A stretch of 64,000 nt of DNA, taken from NCBI GenBank assembly GCA_051294375.1, contig CM119263.1, positions 16,036,532 to 16,100,531 of the forward strand, in the 5' to 3' direction. Source of the DNA: Paraspadella gotoi (Eukaryota > Animalia > Chaetognatha). The position numbers and the translations under genes are program-made. Shown piece by piece: positions 12,858 through 25,196 of this stretch (positions are counted from its first letter, which is position 1; every line of letters starts with the position of its first letter). The notes beneath the pieces were generated by a model, which was not told the DNA's origin, did no database searches, and saw only the letters and a list, made by a program, of their open reading frames with translations.

Positions 12858-15800
12858 CGAGAGAGAGAGAGATGAGAGTAGAGAGAAGATAATGGAAATT
12901 GGATAATAAACAGAAGCAGATCGCTTTTTGATCCATATTAAACCTCACCAGCCTAATCCATCCACTTTAAGTTCTCCTCTCCGACAAAGGTTTAGTTATT
13001 TTTTAATTTATTTATTTATTTCGTTTTTCACACGGCACCGTTCGTCATTAATTATTATCCAGCAGCGGGGACGCGAACGGTCGCCGAGCCAAAGCCGGAG
13101 AGAGAGGAGAGAGATTTCGTGTCAGCGGAAAGATAAAGCGTTCAGCCGAGCTTTCCCAGTTCAAAAGTCAGCCCGGCTTTCTTTTTTTTTTTTTTTTTTA
13201 ACGGAAGAGAAAATCGTATTTTCATGCCGCACAGACTGCAATGGACCGAAATGAATTAGTTCGCTGGAAATAATAACTCGGTTTGTAAACCACAGATTAA
13301 GTTTCAAAGTTGATTGTCGTATGGATATATGAACTATTTTGCAGTTAAGTCAACTCTCTAAAGATGTATAAAAAAAAGAATTGATTATCAGATGATAACT
13401 TTCCCATAACAGATTTGTGGTTTTCGAGTGTGATTTCTATAAATTCACTCGTAATGGCAAAAAAAACGTCTGTTTAAAAAAAAAATAGGGGGTTTTTTTG
13501 TCTTTCTCTTCGGTCGTTGTTGTCGGATCTTTACCGTCGTTCAAAACGTTTAATTCTCGTTCTTGTCAACATTGAACATCATCTTTCCTTACTTTTTTCA
13601 CTTTCCTTCGCTCATCGAGTGTCTCGTCGTCATATCGGCCTTTGAGTCATCCCGCCAAACTGTTGTCTTGCTATTTTTTTTTCTCTCCGCAACCGACACG
13701 TTTCAAAACTCTTTCGTCATCGTTTACGTCGTCTCTGCATCGCTGTCCGTCGGCTGACCGGAAGTCCACCTAAAGCCTCGGCATCACGTGACTGCTCGCG
13801 TCTCTCGCGATTGAGTGACGTCACGATGGGACATCGGCAACTTTCAATAGCGCAGAAACACATTTGTGGTTCAGTTATTTGAAAAAAAAAATAGTTGAAA
13901 TGGGAATCGTAGTTTTAGATGGTGTGATCCTGATGTTAAATCCGGAATCGTACTAAATGAATTAAAACTATATGAATCAGTCGAGTGAGATTTACATTAG
14001 TGAGATGCTACATATATTTCAACTGAGGTTTCTCCAAAACCAAGATAAGATATTTTTACGCAATAAGATGAGCATGATTATATAATTAGAAATCTTAAAG
14101 AATTATCAAATCAACCTTTGCAGACGTAGTTAATATATGTAGTAAATAGTAAGTAAATATTATGATTAATAAACGAAAAAAGTTCGGCTTAACAAAAAAC
14201 CAAAAAAAAGAGGGCGAATGTCAGAGATTTTTTTTTCTCGGAACAATGTGAGACATCTAGATTTGCATTGTAGACAAAAAAGAAAAGTCAATACGACTCT
14301 GGAGTCCGGATTGCGATGATTAATACGAGGCAGAGACCGAGAGGAAATGAAGTCTTCAAAAGAAAAAAAAAAACGATCAAAAACGATTATTGAATGAAAA
14401 CAGAAAACTCTATTCAAATCGGCGATATAAATGTGCGAGAAAAAAAATTGCGTGGCGTCGGATTTGCGTTCTTAGTTGCGTTGATTACGCCCGGATCCTC
14501 TTTCGTTATGTCGTTGTTCGTTAGCGAGGGAGTTACGGCCTTCTCCGTTTTTTTCTCTCTCCGTACTCAGTAACTGTGTTTTATCGAATTTCTGTTTTTG
14601 TAGTCTTCCTCTCTATTCTCTCTCTCTCTATTTCTTTCTATCGTTCCCTTTCCTGTTGTAGAACGGCTCAGAAATCCCGCGACCCACGTGTGAACCAAGA
14701 GGAGGCTTTCGCTCCCCTCGCAGAAACCGGAAGATAATGCAGGCAATTTTCAGATGGATGGAAAAAGAAAGGAATGAATGGATGAAGGAGTATGAATGAA
14801 TGATATATGGATAAGCAAGCATGGAACGGTTGAGCGGTTGCGATGGAAGTATGATTAACCGAATGTAGGATAGATAATTGGATATATGCTTGAATGAGAG
14901 AGATGGATAGACGTTAGGGATTGATTGACTGAATATTATAGAAGGATGATCTGAAATGAGATGAGCCAAGAGGAAGGAAGATCTTTCAAAAAATTTGGCT
15001 CACTTTCCCATTGGAATGAGTGAAAACGTTTAGCAAGACTTCCTCTTTCAGACGAGATTCGTTGGTTGGTCCTGACGTGAAGAAAGACGTTTTTCCCCCT
15101 CAAGCTCTCAGTTTCGTCGCATCGCCCGTTGACCGCGCAGCGAGATAACGACCTCGTTTTTTCGACTACAACGCACGCAAACTTTTTTTATTTTTTGACG
15201 ACGAAGACTCTCACGATGACGACGACGACGACGTCAGACAGACGAACGAAGAACTGACGAGCGAGACTGCAAAAATGAACAATGCAAATTTTTGTTTTGT
15301 TTTTTATTCGAAGCTCCCTTTCTCTCTTGCATTGCCAGGAGACCAAATTTATTGTTAGCTGATTTGTGCCGTAAATTTCGTTGATATCTGGAAAGGAACA
15401 GTGGGAGTAACGAGAGAATAGAAAAAAGAGGAAGAGAAACAAAGCGAGAGACGAGAATGACAAGAGGACAAAATATGAGGGTGCTTTTTGGGCTTGTATA
15501 AGCATATATTCCAGTAACTTCTATTTAAACTGTTAAAAAAAAACACAAAAACAAACAAAAGTGCATATAATCTTAGTAGGACACTTAAGTTCGCTTCACA
15601 AAAACTTTCCAATTGACGTATTGCTCCTTATCGTTTCTTTTTTCTTAATCAGAAAAATAGATTTTCTTATTTTGAATTGAAATTTAACTCGTATTGTTTC
15701 CGTAACAATTCAAAGTAAATCCATGTAAAACAACATCAACAAACGACAACAATCGTAACCAAGAACAAACAACGCTATCGACGCGAATAGATTTTTTGCT

Positions 15801-17138
15801 TTTCGGACTTAAATCTCGTTTTCTGGCGGAAGACGAACTACTGAAGATGTGAGAAGCTGCCGACGTGCCGTGCGCCGGGCGGTGGGGAGGCAAGAAAGTG
15901 GACGCTTCCTGTTTTGAACAGGGAATGTCCCTGTCCAAGCATTTTTTTTTTTTTTTTTTTTTTTGCGCAGCGAGATTTTGAACCAAATGGAAATTGTTAA
16001 AATAAGTTTTCCTAAAATGTACCACAAAAAAATTATCGAGTTAGTCGACTCGTAATGAAATGCGGGAGAAAGATTTTCTCAGCAGGCGGAAAAACGTGAA
16101 TTGTAAACCAAGAAAGTGTAGCCGAGCACGCTAAAAGGTAACCCCATCAAGGAAGCCAGGATTGAGAAAATAGTGGGAAAGAAAAACGTTCCTTAACTTC
16201 CTTACGGACAGAAATCCGTCTCATTACAATTCCACCAATTTCGACAGGATTTAATTTAGTTTAATTTAGCAAACTAAGAACCAACATGAACGACCGCGCT
16301 GAGTAAGATCCACATGTACGTACAAATCGCTATGCATGAGTAAAATGTGAGTAATGCATTCGTTATCAAAATAATTGTACAAAGCTACAAAACTGAATCA
16401 ACAACCCCACTTTCCTTTTTTTCACTTCTCGTCTACACGAACACCCACACCCTACGTCCGATTCCTAATCAGCGGCCACGCTCCACCTGCTTACATGACC
16501 CACTAACTCCCAAATCAAACTAGCTCGTCTCTCTTCGGCCTCCTGAGCCCGAATGGGAACCGTATTGGTTCTCCCTTTTCTCTGGGAGAGGCAATAATTG
16601 CACTAATTAAGGAAGCGAAATAAAGAAGTGGAGAAAGAACGTAATTGAATTGGAGAATCGAAAATTGTAATGATTAATGTATATATAATTTAAATGAATG
16701 AATGATTGCATGATACGAATTAATAATTAAATTATGCTTGGTAAAATAAGATGAGCAAAACACGAAGAAGCAAGTCCAAATCAAGTGGAAGAAATAGATT
16801 TATCTAATTAAGTTTTATATTGTAGAATTTCAGATATTTGAAATGAAACGAATGAGACAGATGAATAAATGCGATGATAGCTGGATGTATATGGATAAGA
16901 GTGAATAAACTTAAAACGGGCTAAACTTCGGGCAGAAAGGGAACGAGAGGTAAAAGCTCGTTCATTAAGCATAAACAAAAAACAAATAACCATTGAAGTT
17001 TTGCGAACGAAGCTTGAATGGGCTGGCTGGGGAAAAGATAAAATTAACGAAGCAATTTGACAGAAAGGAAAAAAAAGGGGAATTTTAGCATTTGATCCTT
17101 TCTCTGTCTGCGAAAGTCCGAATGCCGGTGCCCTCACC

Positions 17139-17495
17139 CAGTCGCGTGTCGAGTCAGAAATGAGCGGGCCCGCTCAAAAATTAGTTGAGGTCTCAAACTG
17201 GATTTTTTTTTTTTTTGCAAGCCCCGGGTCCATCTGAAAAGCCAACTCATCCCACCAGCCTCACAAATTAATTTTAGCCACTTAGCAAGAATGATATTTT
17301 AAAAATCACAACATTATTGTCATAATATCAAACGATTTTTATAGATTTCATTTAATGACACCAAAAAATATTTTAAATTAAAATTTAAAAGCTTTATTTT
17401 CTCTATAAATTTTTTATATTATTTTTTTTAGCCCTTATGAGCTTTTCTCGGGGTCCCCTAAGCAGCCCTCTTGGAGGGGCTCCCTCTACCCCGCT
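17139..17495. mobile_element. Duplicate of the hAT-type MITE (right end degraded)
   Basis: Same left TSD/TIR (ccctcacc|cagtcgcgtgtcgag) and body; right boundary approximate. Confidence 0.7.
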
Positions 17496-18663
17496 CAGAT
17501 TTCTTTCCCCAACCCCTCCCTCCAACCTGGTTTCTCCAATCTTCCAGCGTCAATGAATCTCTGAAAATTCATGGTGGCTTTGCGGTCTTTCCTCTCCACC
17601 ATTTTGTATTTTTCCTTTTCCATATTATTATTTCCCTCTCTTTTTCCCTTCTTAGCTGGGGAATTTGATTTTCGACAACTGGATCTTGAGATGAGATTCA
17701 GACTCTCCACTTTTTTTTCGGAAGGGGAAAGGAAGAAAGAAAAGAGCTATGAAGAAAATGAGGAGCGTTAGGGGTGTTGTTTGCGTCGATGGGTGAGGTG
17801 AAGAAGCGGGAAATTTAAAAAGAGATCATGTGTGAGAGAGGAAGTAGGGGAAAGGGAGCGGGCGTCGGAAGAAAATCAATAAAAAGGAATCGAACGTCGG
17901 GGTGGGGTAGAGACGAACGACAAAGGCGTAAGGTAAGTTCGCGTAAAGGGAGACAGGAAATGGTGGGGTGACCGGAATCTGGGAGATAGATTTCAAATGG
18001 CCCTAATTCAGTTTGGTTACTTTGAAAGGTTTTATTAAATTATGAATAAATAAAGCATTCGGCGAATGGAATTTGTCCGGAATTTATTCGAAACTTAAGC
18101 GGATTTTTTCGATGAGAGAGAATTCTCTTTCAATTTTTTAAAGATTTTTTTTTCCGAAATTCGAAGTAGAGTATCTGAGTCACGAACGAGTCTAAACGCG
18201 CAACGACAACAGATCGATTTTTGGCATTGAACAGTCTCTTCGCCACCCCCCCCCAGGTTTTCCCCCTCCCCCCCCCCCCGCGCTTCATGCCGAGTTTTTT
18301 CTTCGCATAACAAAGGAGCCTCGACCCGATGTGTCGAGGATTTAGGTCAAAGGAGGCGAAGAATGCCGCTCGCGTTGGCGAGGCTTTGAGGTCGAATGCC
18401 GGAAACGAGGTGCGGGGTCGAAGGAGGGCGCGGTGAAAGTTGTGGGGTCGGAAGTGAGGTTCGAAACGGAGACAAGTACGCAACGACCAGGAGAAAAATT
18501 AGTGCGTGGGGATGGAGAAAAATTTTTTTTTAAATCCTTGTTCGACGCCTCGAAGGTTTATGGGTAAAAAAATGGAGGGAAAAAAGCGAAACAAGTGGAA
18601 ATGGCATGGAGGAATGTGAAGTCAAAAGTGATAGTTGTGATCGAGGAATCAGGAGGATCTTAC

Positions 18664-18732
18664 CCTAAGCTCGAGCCTCGTTGAGTAAAAACTGGAAAGC
18701 TTTCGAAAGACTTTTACGTCGTCATCGCGTTC
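18664..18732 (-). CDS. Internal 69-nt phase-0 exon (ERDDDVKVFRKLSSFYSTRLELR) of an unidentified minus-strand gene
   Basis: Acceptor ttatttcaacag, donor GTAAGA, open frame, length divisible by 3. Confidence 0.5.
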
Positions 18733-19030
18733 CTGTTGAAATAATATTTTTGTGCTTCCTACGTCAAAGTCGTCCTCTGTCGTTGGTGTCTTCGTCTTCC
18801 GTCGCCGGCTCTCGTCTTCGTCGTCGTCGTATCGTCGTCGTCGGCCAGATGGCGAAATCTTAAGACCCTCGGTAATCATCTGCTTTCGCCTTCGAGATAT
18901 TCACGTCGCGTCGACCGACGAAGCGCCTCAAAAAGTAGAAGTGACGGAGTGTGCGCTCCATTGAGATAATATTTTATTTCTTTGAGAGGATTTAAGGGGG
19001 GCCGTGGTATGAATCAAAAAGCCCCGCCTT

Positions 19031-19248
19031 TGCGGTATATTCACACCGTTCAGCCAATAACTATGACTCGAGGGGGAATGCTCCATCCAAGCGTTGCGTT
19101 CCATCACAGTCCTTGAGATTGTGGGCTTTGGCGAAGGGATACAGTCCTAGGGTAACCGCGCCAATTGGCAGGCGTCAGAGAGTTCGAAGCCCCAAAGTCA
19201 ACATTGAGATGTCCCATCTAAATGGGCATCACCCGCCTTTTGCCATTA
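19031..19248 (-). mobile_element. Same structured element, locus A copy 2
   Basis: Perfect 6-bp direct repeat CGCCTT at 19025-19030 and 19249-19254. Confidence 0.7.
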
Positions 19249-20235
19249 CGCCTTATTTTCTCTTTTTTCTTTAGACCCAAAAAAAAATTAAAGAGTGTGA
19301 AAACATTTTACTCTCTCATGCCCTCTGGCTCTGCCCTCTCTCTTTGCCCTCTCTCGCTTTCCTTGTTTTCCTGCTCTCGCTCATGCACGAGCCTCAAGTG
19401 GCTAAAAATAGTGTCGACTGTTTAGATATTTTTTTTTCAGAAAATAACATTTTCCAACCGGAAGCCACATTTCGAAATGAATTCTTACCAAGAGTTTTTT
19501 TTTTCTATTTCAAAATATTCGCAAGGGCTTCTGTTTTTCTGCGTCTAAAACGTGGAATCGCAACTTGCTCTCATCTTTTTATTTCATTTTGATTATGGAG
19601 AATCATTGGAAGGCAACATTTTTCTGTACCCTTTATAAAGACCGGACGAGCTGGACGTTGTCCTCTGTCTAATAGAGACCGTACACTCTCCGAGACGAGA
19701 CGATCGATCGGCGACCCCATTGTTCGTAATCGCCGCCTATAAAATTTAACGACTTTTCAATTCCATTCTATCGAGCCCATCGCTTCGACGCCACTCAAAT
19801 GGCCCTGCGAAAATTCCGATTTTTTTTCCTCCCGACTTAACGTCGAAGAGGGCGATTACTTCATTCTTTACAGGTCATTCTTCAAGGAATATTATCGATA
19901 AATCTCCATCATCACTCACGGTATTTTTTTTTCTCACTTACATTCTCACTTTATTTTTAAATATTCGGGCGGAGAAAGTTATTGTAGTCATGTTGTCGTG
20001 TATGAACATATGAAAATAAAGTCGCTGCGGCGAAAGACATTAGATGAAACGATCTTGTTTTCTATATGTTCTTTTCTGTTTACCTTATTTCAATTCTCCT
20101 TCCTTTCTTTCCTTCTTTTTTTTTCCTCCTCCCTTCCTGCGGACTCTCAGACAAAATTGAGTTCCGTCACCGTCATCCCTTTAAAACGTCAAAACGTCAT
20201 GTTGTGAACGCCATAATCGTCACTCCGGTAGCGTC

Positions 20236-20288
<53 letters not shown>

Positions 20289-20294
20289 GTCTCT

Positions 20295-20329
<35 letters not shown>

Positions 20330-23300
20330 AAATTTTTTTTTCTCGACAAAAAGTGTCTAAAAGTTAAAACGCAGTGGACAGGACAAGAGAAAATGGTTAT
20401 AAAGGCATAAAAGAGTCAAAAAGTTCTAGAGAGATCTCGAGAGAGGTACATTCTAAAAATCTTGACAAAAAGAATTTGCTTTTTATTAATTAATATGCTT
20501 ACTTAAATAGATAACTATATATGAGCAACAGCGATGACTCAATAATACTTTACTCCATAAATTAATTATAATACTTCTATGTAATCTTCACTTTATTAAA
20601 AAATTTAGACGATTCTTACATCGCATGAAATGACCAGTAGAAAAAACAGGAAAAAATTGTAAGAAGTTGGAAGAATTTGAAAACATTAGAACGAGAACGT
20701 AAAATATAAAAATGTATTTGCCTCTTTGTATTTTCTTGAGCGGAATAAGAGATTGAAAAAAAAAAAGATTTTGCCTTTCTCTAGACCTTACTAATTGCTG
20801 AGTCTCCTCCCTGCTTTTCTTTCTCTCCGTCTTTACTTTCATTCCTCTTCATTCTCTTTTCATTTTTCCTAATTATTTCTTTATAGAATTTTCTTTTGAA
20901 CACTCGTTTTCGAGTTAGGGCGAAAGAGCTAACGTAATTTCAAACGTTTCATGAGCGCACTAATGAATCTCAGAGTTATTTAACTACTCCTGATTCAAAG
21001 TGCTATAAAGAAGCCTTTACCCTCGTCGTCCGTCGTTGTCGCGTCCTCGGTTATATATTTCATAGTAACTCGACACGATTTCTCGCGAGTGAAACCGGAA
21101 AAGCGCGAGATATCGTTCGTCCTTTTTTTATTAAAGACAGCCGCAGCGCCGCGGCGCACTGGATAAAAATTTTTTAAAAATAAATGTTTTAAAAGATTTA
21201 ATTCTCTTTTAAGCAATGCCAATATCACGAATAAAAAAAAAGGAAAATAACGTGATGAGATATTTCCAGGGCATTATTAAATTTTCCTTCGCAGTTATCG
21301 AAGCGAAGGCGCGGGCGAGGCGGCGCCGCCCACGCCTGGGATTGCACGAGCACGATCCGCCGCCGTCGCCGCCCCTCCTCGTCACGCACCTTCGCGCGCC
21401 GGTTTTTCGTGACGAAGTCGCCTCATCGAATTTATCACATGGAGGCAAACATCACTTTCATCAGTCACGTTGAGCTGGAATTTCAATTTCACTTTGAAAA
21501 CCTTTGCTTAGAAACTTGATCCTTCATAAACATTTGCCATTTAAAATATCGCTTTTACAGCCTGGCTTAATTTCTGAGATATTATCATCTACCTCATTCA
21601 AAAAATCCATGCGGGTTGCTTTTTTCTTATTTTACATATTTTAATATTAATTTACGATATTATAAACCGGAATATTAAAAACAAGTTTTCTCGTTTAAAC
21701 ATAATTTGTCAAATATGAAAAAAATAACTTGACGCTGCAATGTTTAATAACAATAATGACAAAACCTTTTCGATGTAGCTCTTCTATGGAGAAAAGCAGA
21801 TTCACTTTTCCATGAAAAAACGATTTCACAACAACAGAAAGTCCAATTACGTTGAGAAATTGAAATAAGAGACGTAAGATATAAAAGAAAAGAAATGAAA
21901 GAAAGAAAGAAAGAAAGAAAGAAAGCAGAGAAAGAAAGAAGAAAGAAAGAAAGAAAGAAAAGAAACAAAGAAAAAAAAGAAAGAAAGAAAGAAAGAGAAG
22001 AAAGAAACAAAGAAACAAACAAAACAAAAAAAAAACAAACAAAAAACATTCTTCCTTTTTTTTCTTTTTTTCCTCGGGCGATAAAGAAAAATGATAAAGA
22101 GAGAGAAAAATGGAAAAAATGAAGAATGAAAGCGAAGGCGTAACCATGGCGACCAGCTAAAGAGAGAGAAAGTGTGAAAGCGAGGAGAGAAGTTGAGAGG
22201 GAGAAACCGAGAGAGAGAGAGATGAGACGAGAGGAGAGAGAGAGAAGGAGACGAGAGAGAGATGAGAGAGGAGACGAGAACAGAGAAGAGAGAGAGAGGA
22301 GAGAGGAGGAGAGAGAGAGAGAAGAGAGATAGACAGACGAGGACGTTTGTATTTTCGCATTGCTTTTTAAATTAAATACCAAATGTATAAACTATATAAA
22401 ATATATTCCCGACGATAAGTATTAATATCAGTTCTTTTCGTCCAGAGAAATTTCTGTACATCATACGAGATGTGTATCNNNNNNNNNNNNNNNNNNNNNN
22501 NNNCTCATATCGGTAATTTAAATCTTTCCCATCATTTCTTCATATCTATCTTCTTCAAAACTGTTTCCCACCCAGATTTCCCCATTCCCCTCTTTCCCCC
22601 TTAACGCCCAACCCCCCACCCACCTCCACCACCCGCTCCTCTTTAATCCAGATTCTTTTCAATTCTTTCCTTCATCCGGGAGTTTTTTAACAAAAGACTG
22701 AAAATAGCGCGAGAAAGGTCGGACTTGACTTTTAGCGGGGAACTTCTCCAGTTCTCCGGATATTGGAGCCACTTTTTTCCAGACGAAACTATTTCCGGGA
22801 CGAATTACCGTGTTCAGTATTCACTGTTCACGTCGTTAGGCGCAGCTCGGAGAATCCCGAGAGGACAGGAGGTTTGAGAACACACTGTGGAGACGTTTGA
22901 AAGTACCGTGCATTGGTTTTTGGACAAACCGCGGATGCTTCGGAAGATCTCTTTGATGCGCTTTCAGTCTTTGTCTTTGAAACGAAAAACGAAACGCAAC
23001 GAAAGCAGATTATATTTTTTTTTTCTTCAGCACTTAAAATTATCGATAAGAAATATTAAAAAGACAATTCTATGAGGGTTGTACTATGTTCATAGTTATA
23101 TATATNNNNNNNNNNNNNNNNNNNNNNNNNNNNNNNNNNNNNNNNNNNNNNNNNNNNNNNNNNNNNNNNNNNNNNNNNNNNNNNNNNNNNNNNNNNNNNN
23201 NNNNNNNNNNNNNNNNNNNNNNNNNNNNNNNNNNNNNNNNNNNNNNNNNNNNNNNNNNNNNNNNNNNNNNNNNNNNNNNNNNNNNNNNNNNNNNNNNNNN

Positions 23301-23719
23301 NNNNNNNNNNNNNNNNNNNNNCCCCCCCCACAACCCCACGGACGGAGATTAAATCCAATTTATGAGCCGGATCAACTCGATTGGCGGAGACTGGGTGTGA
23401 AAGCTGCGTTGAGGCCTGCGTGCGTGCGTGCGTAAGCTACGCGCAAAATCGGATTTACTTCCAAAAACTTTCTGAGTCGACGGGCCAGTGTGTTTATTAA
23501 AAATAGTGTGTACCGTGTGATGATAGGAATAAGCGTGCAAATAAAAGATCCATGTCTATGACTACGAACTATGACTATGATCCACATTATCACCAAAACA
23601 GATTTTTTTTTTTGAATGTGATAAGACGCCTTATAAAGCCATCATTGCTGAGAGCACTATTCCGTGACACTGCTCCTTGAATCTCTCGTAATGTTCTTTC
23701 CCAACGGCGATCATATTCA

Positions 23720-23769
23720 TGACGTCAAAAGAGTCTCCATGGCAACGACCACGGAGGTCGAAGGTAAGT
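23720..23769 (+). promoter_or_regulatory. CRE (TGACGTCA) plus RFX X-box (GTCTCCATGGCAAC) followed by a consensus 5' splice site; possible promoter/first exon
   Basis: CRE 23720-23727; X-box 23733-23746 fits RTHNYYWTRRNRAC; AAG|GTAAGT at 23763/23764. Confidence 0.4.
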
Positions 23770-25140
23770 CCCTCTAGCAGGAAATGGCGGGGTCAAAGAG
23801 GAAAGATAACCCCGGAAGGGGCGAGGTCAAATGAAAAAAAATTTCTTCACTATCGACTTTTATTCTTTTTACATCCGAAATCAATTCTCAAACGTGTTCA
23901 AAAAACTGTTCATTCTCATACTCTCATTCTCCTACCTTAGTTTTTCTTCATTAGAAACTACATATGTACATAATAGCCACCTTCAGCTCATTAATATCGA
24001 GATTTTTAAGCTCTTTTTAAAATTTTTTTTTTTATTTTGAGCGGCTCATAATTTTGTATCACCAGTTACTAACGAGTTATCAGTAGCCGTTCGCAGATTT
24101 ACCTTCTTTCCTCCCTTATCTTTCATTTTGTCAAGTTAAAAAAAGAGAGATCGATGAAGCATGGTACAGATTACACTACAGCAGAGATTATATATATTGT
24201 AATATTTATTTACCCTTTAAATTAATTCTGTACATGCGTGGCAAATAGGTGGCCTTTTCAGCCAGTCTTTTCAGACTTCGCATTGCAGGCTTTTTTGTGG
24301 CATTGTTGTCGCGCGGCCAAATCGCAATTCTATCGAAAGATCATCGATCAAATCAATGACGCATTATTTATGAGGAGAGGAGGAGGAGGAGGAGGAGGAG
24401 GAGAAAGAGAAAAAAAAAGGAAGAGGAAAGACCTATAAAGCTTTTCTCACACGAGACATTCGCATGTACTCTTCCTGTGGACTTTCGCAGGCTCTCCTTT
24501 TTCCATTAGATTTCCATTCTAATGTTTATCTAAATAACTTTGTTTCAGTGTCGCACTGTCTCTATAAATTCTTTGAAAAGGCTCCGTTTTGACCGAGAAT
24601 CCCAGTGTTAAAAAACCTAACGACAAAATGACGTAGGATTTTATGGAGAAAAATTAAGAAATAATTTGGCTTTCGACTTGCGAGAGAACGAAGCTCGGTG
24701 CCGGAAAGAGACTCCGCTATTTTTCCTCTGTTTTTATGTAAAGTCATAAAAGAAGGGATTTTTGAAGGGGATTTTTGTTTGGGCTTTTTTTTTCCCTTTA
24801 TCTCTAGATTCCGTCGCTGCTATTTAAGTTTTTACCTTTTTTTTTGCTTAGGTTTTTTTTTTTTCTTTTTAAAATTCTTTTTTCTTTCCTGAGTCGTTTC
24901 ATCTCTTTCACTCCTTCCATTATTCCCGACTCTTCCTCTCATTCCCAACTGTCGCTTTCCTTTTTCTATCCCTCTGGCTCTCCATTTTCTATTCCTCTGG
25001 CTTTCCTTTCTCTCTTTTTATTGTCGTCAGTCTTCTCTCTCGCTTACATTTTTATAAACTCTATCATCAAACCTCATTTCTCTTTGTTATCTCTTTCTTC
25101 CATTATCTTGTGTTCACACAGCTCTCTCTCTATCTCTCTC

Positions 25141-25196
<56 letters not shown>

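Larger units (their letters stand above)
11159..22146 (+). repeat. Copy 2 of the ~11 kb tandem duplication (likely haplotype or assembly duplicate)
   Basis: Starts gcccttcatagtcacac; every landmark of copy 1 recurs about 11.2-11.4 kb downstream; ends about 330 bp before a 25-N gap. Confidence 0.95.

Noticed and set aside
23056-23435. ORFs containing long X runs (also 35094-36231)
   Set aside because: They span N-gaps.
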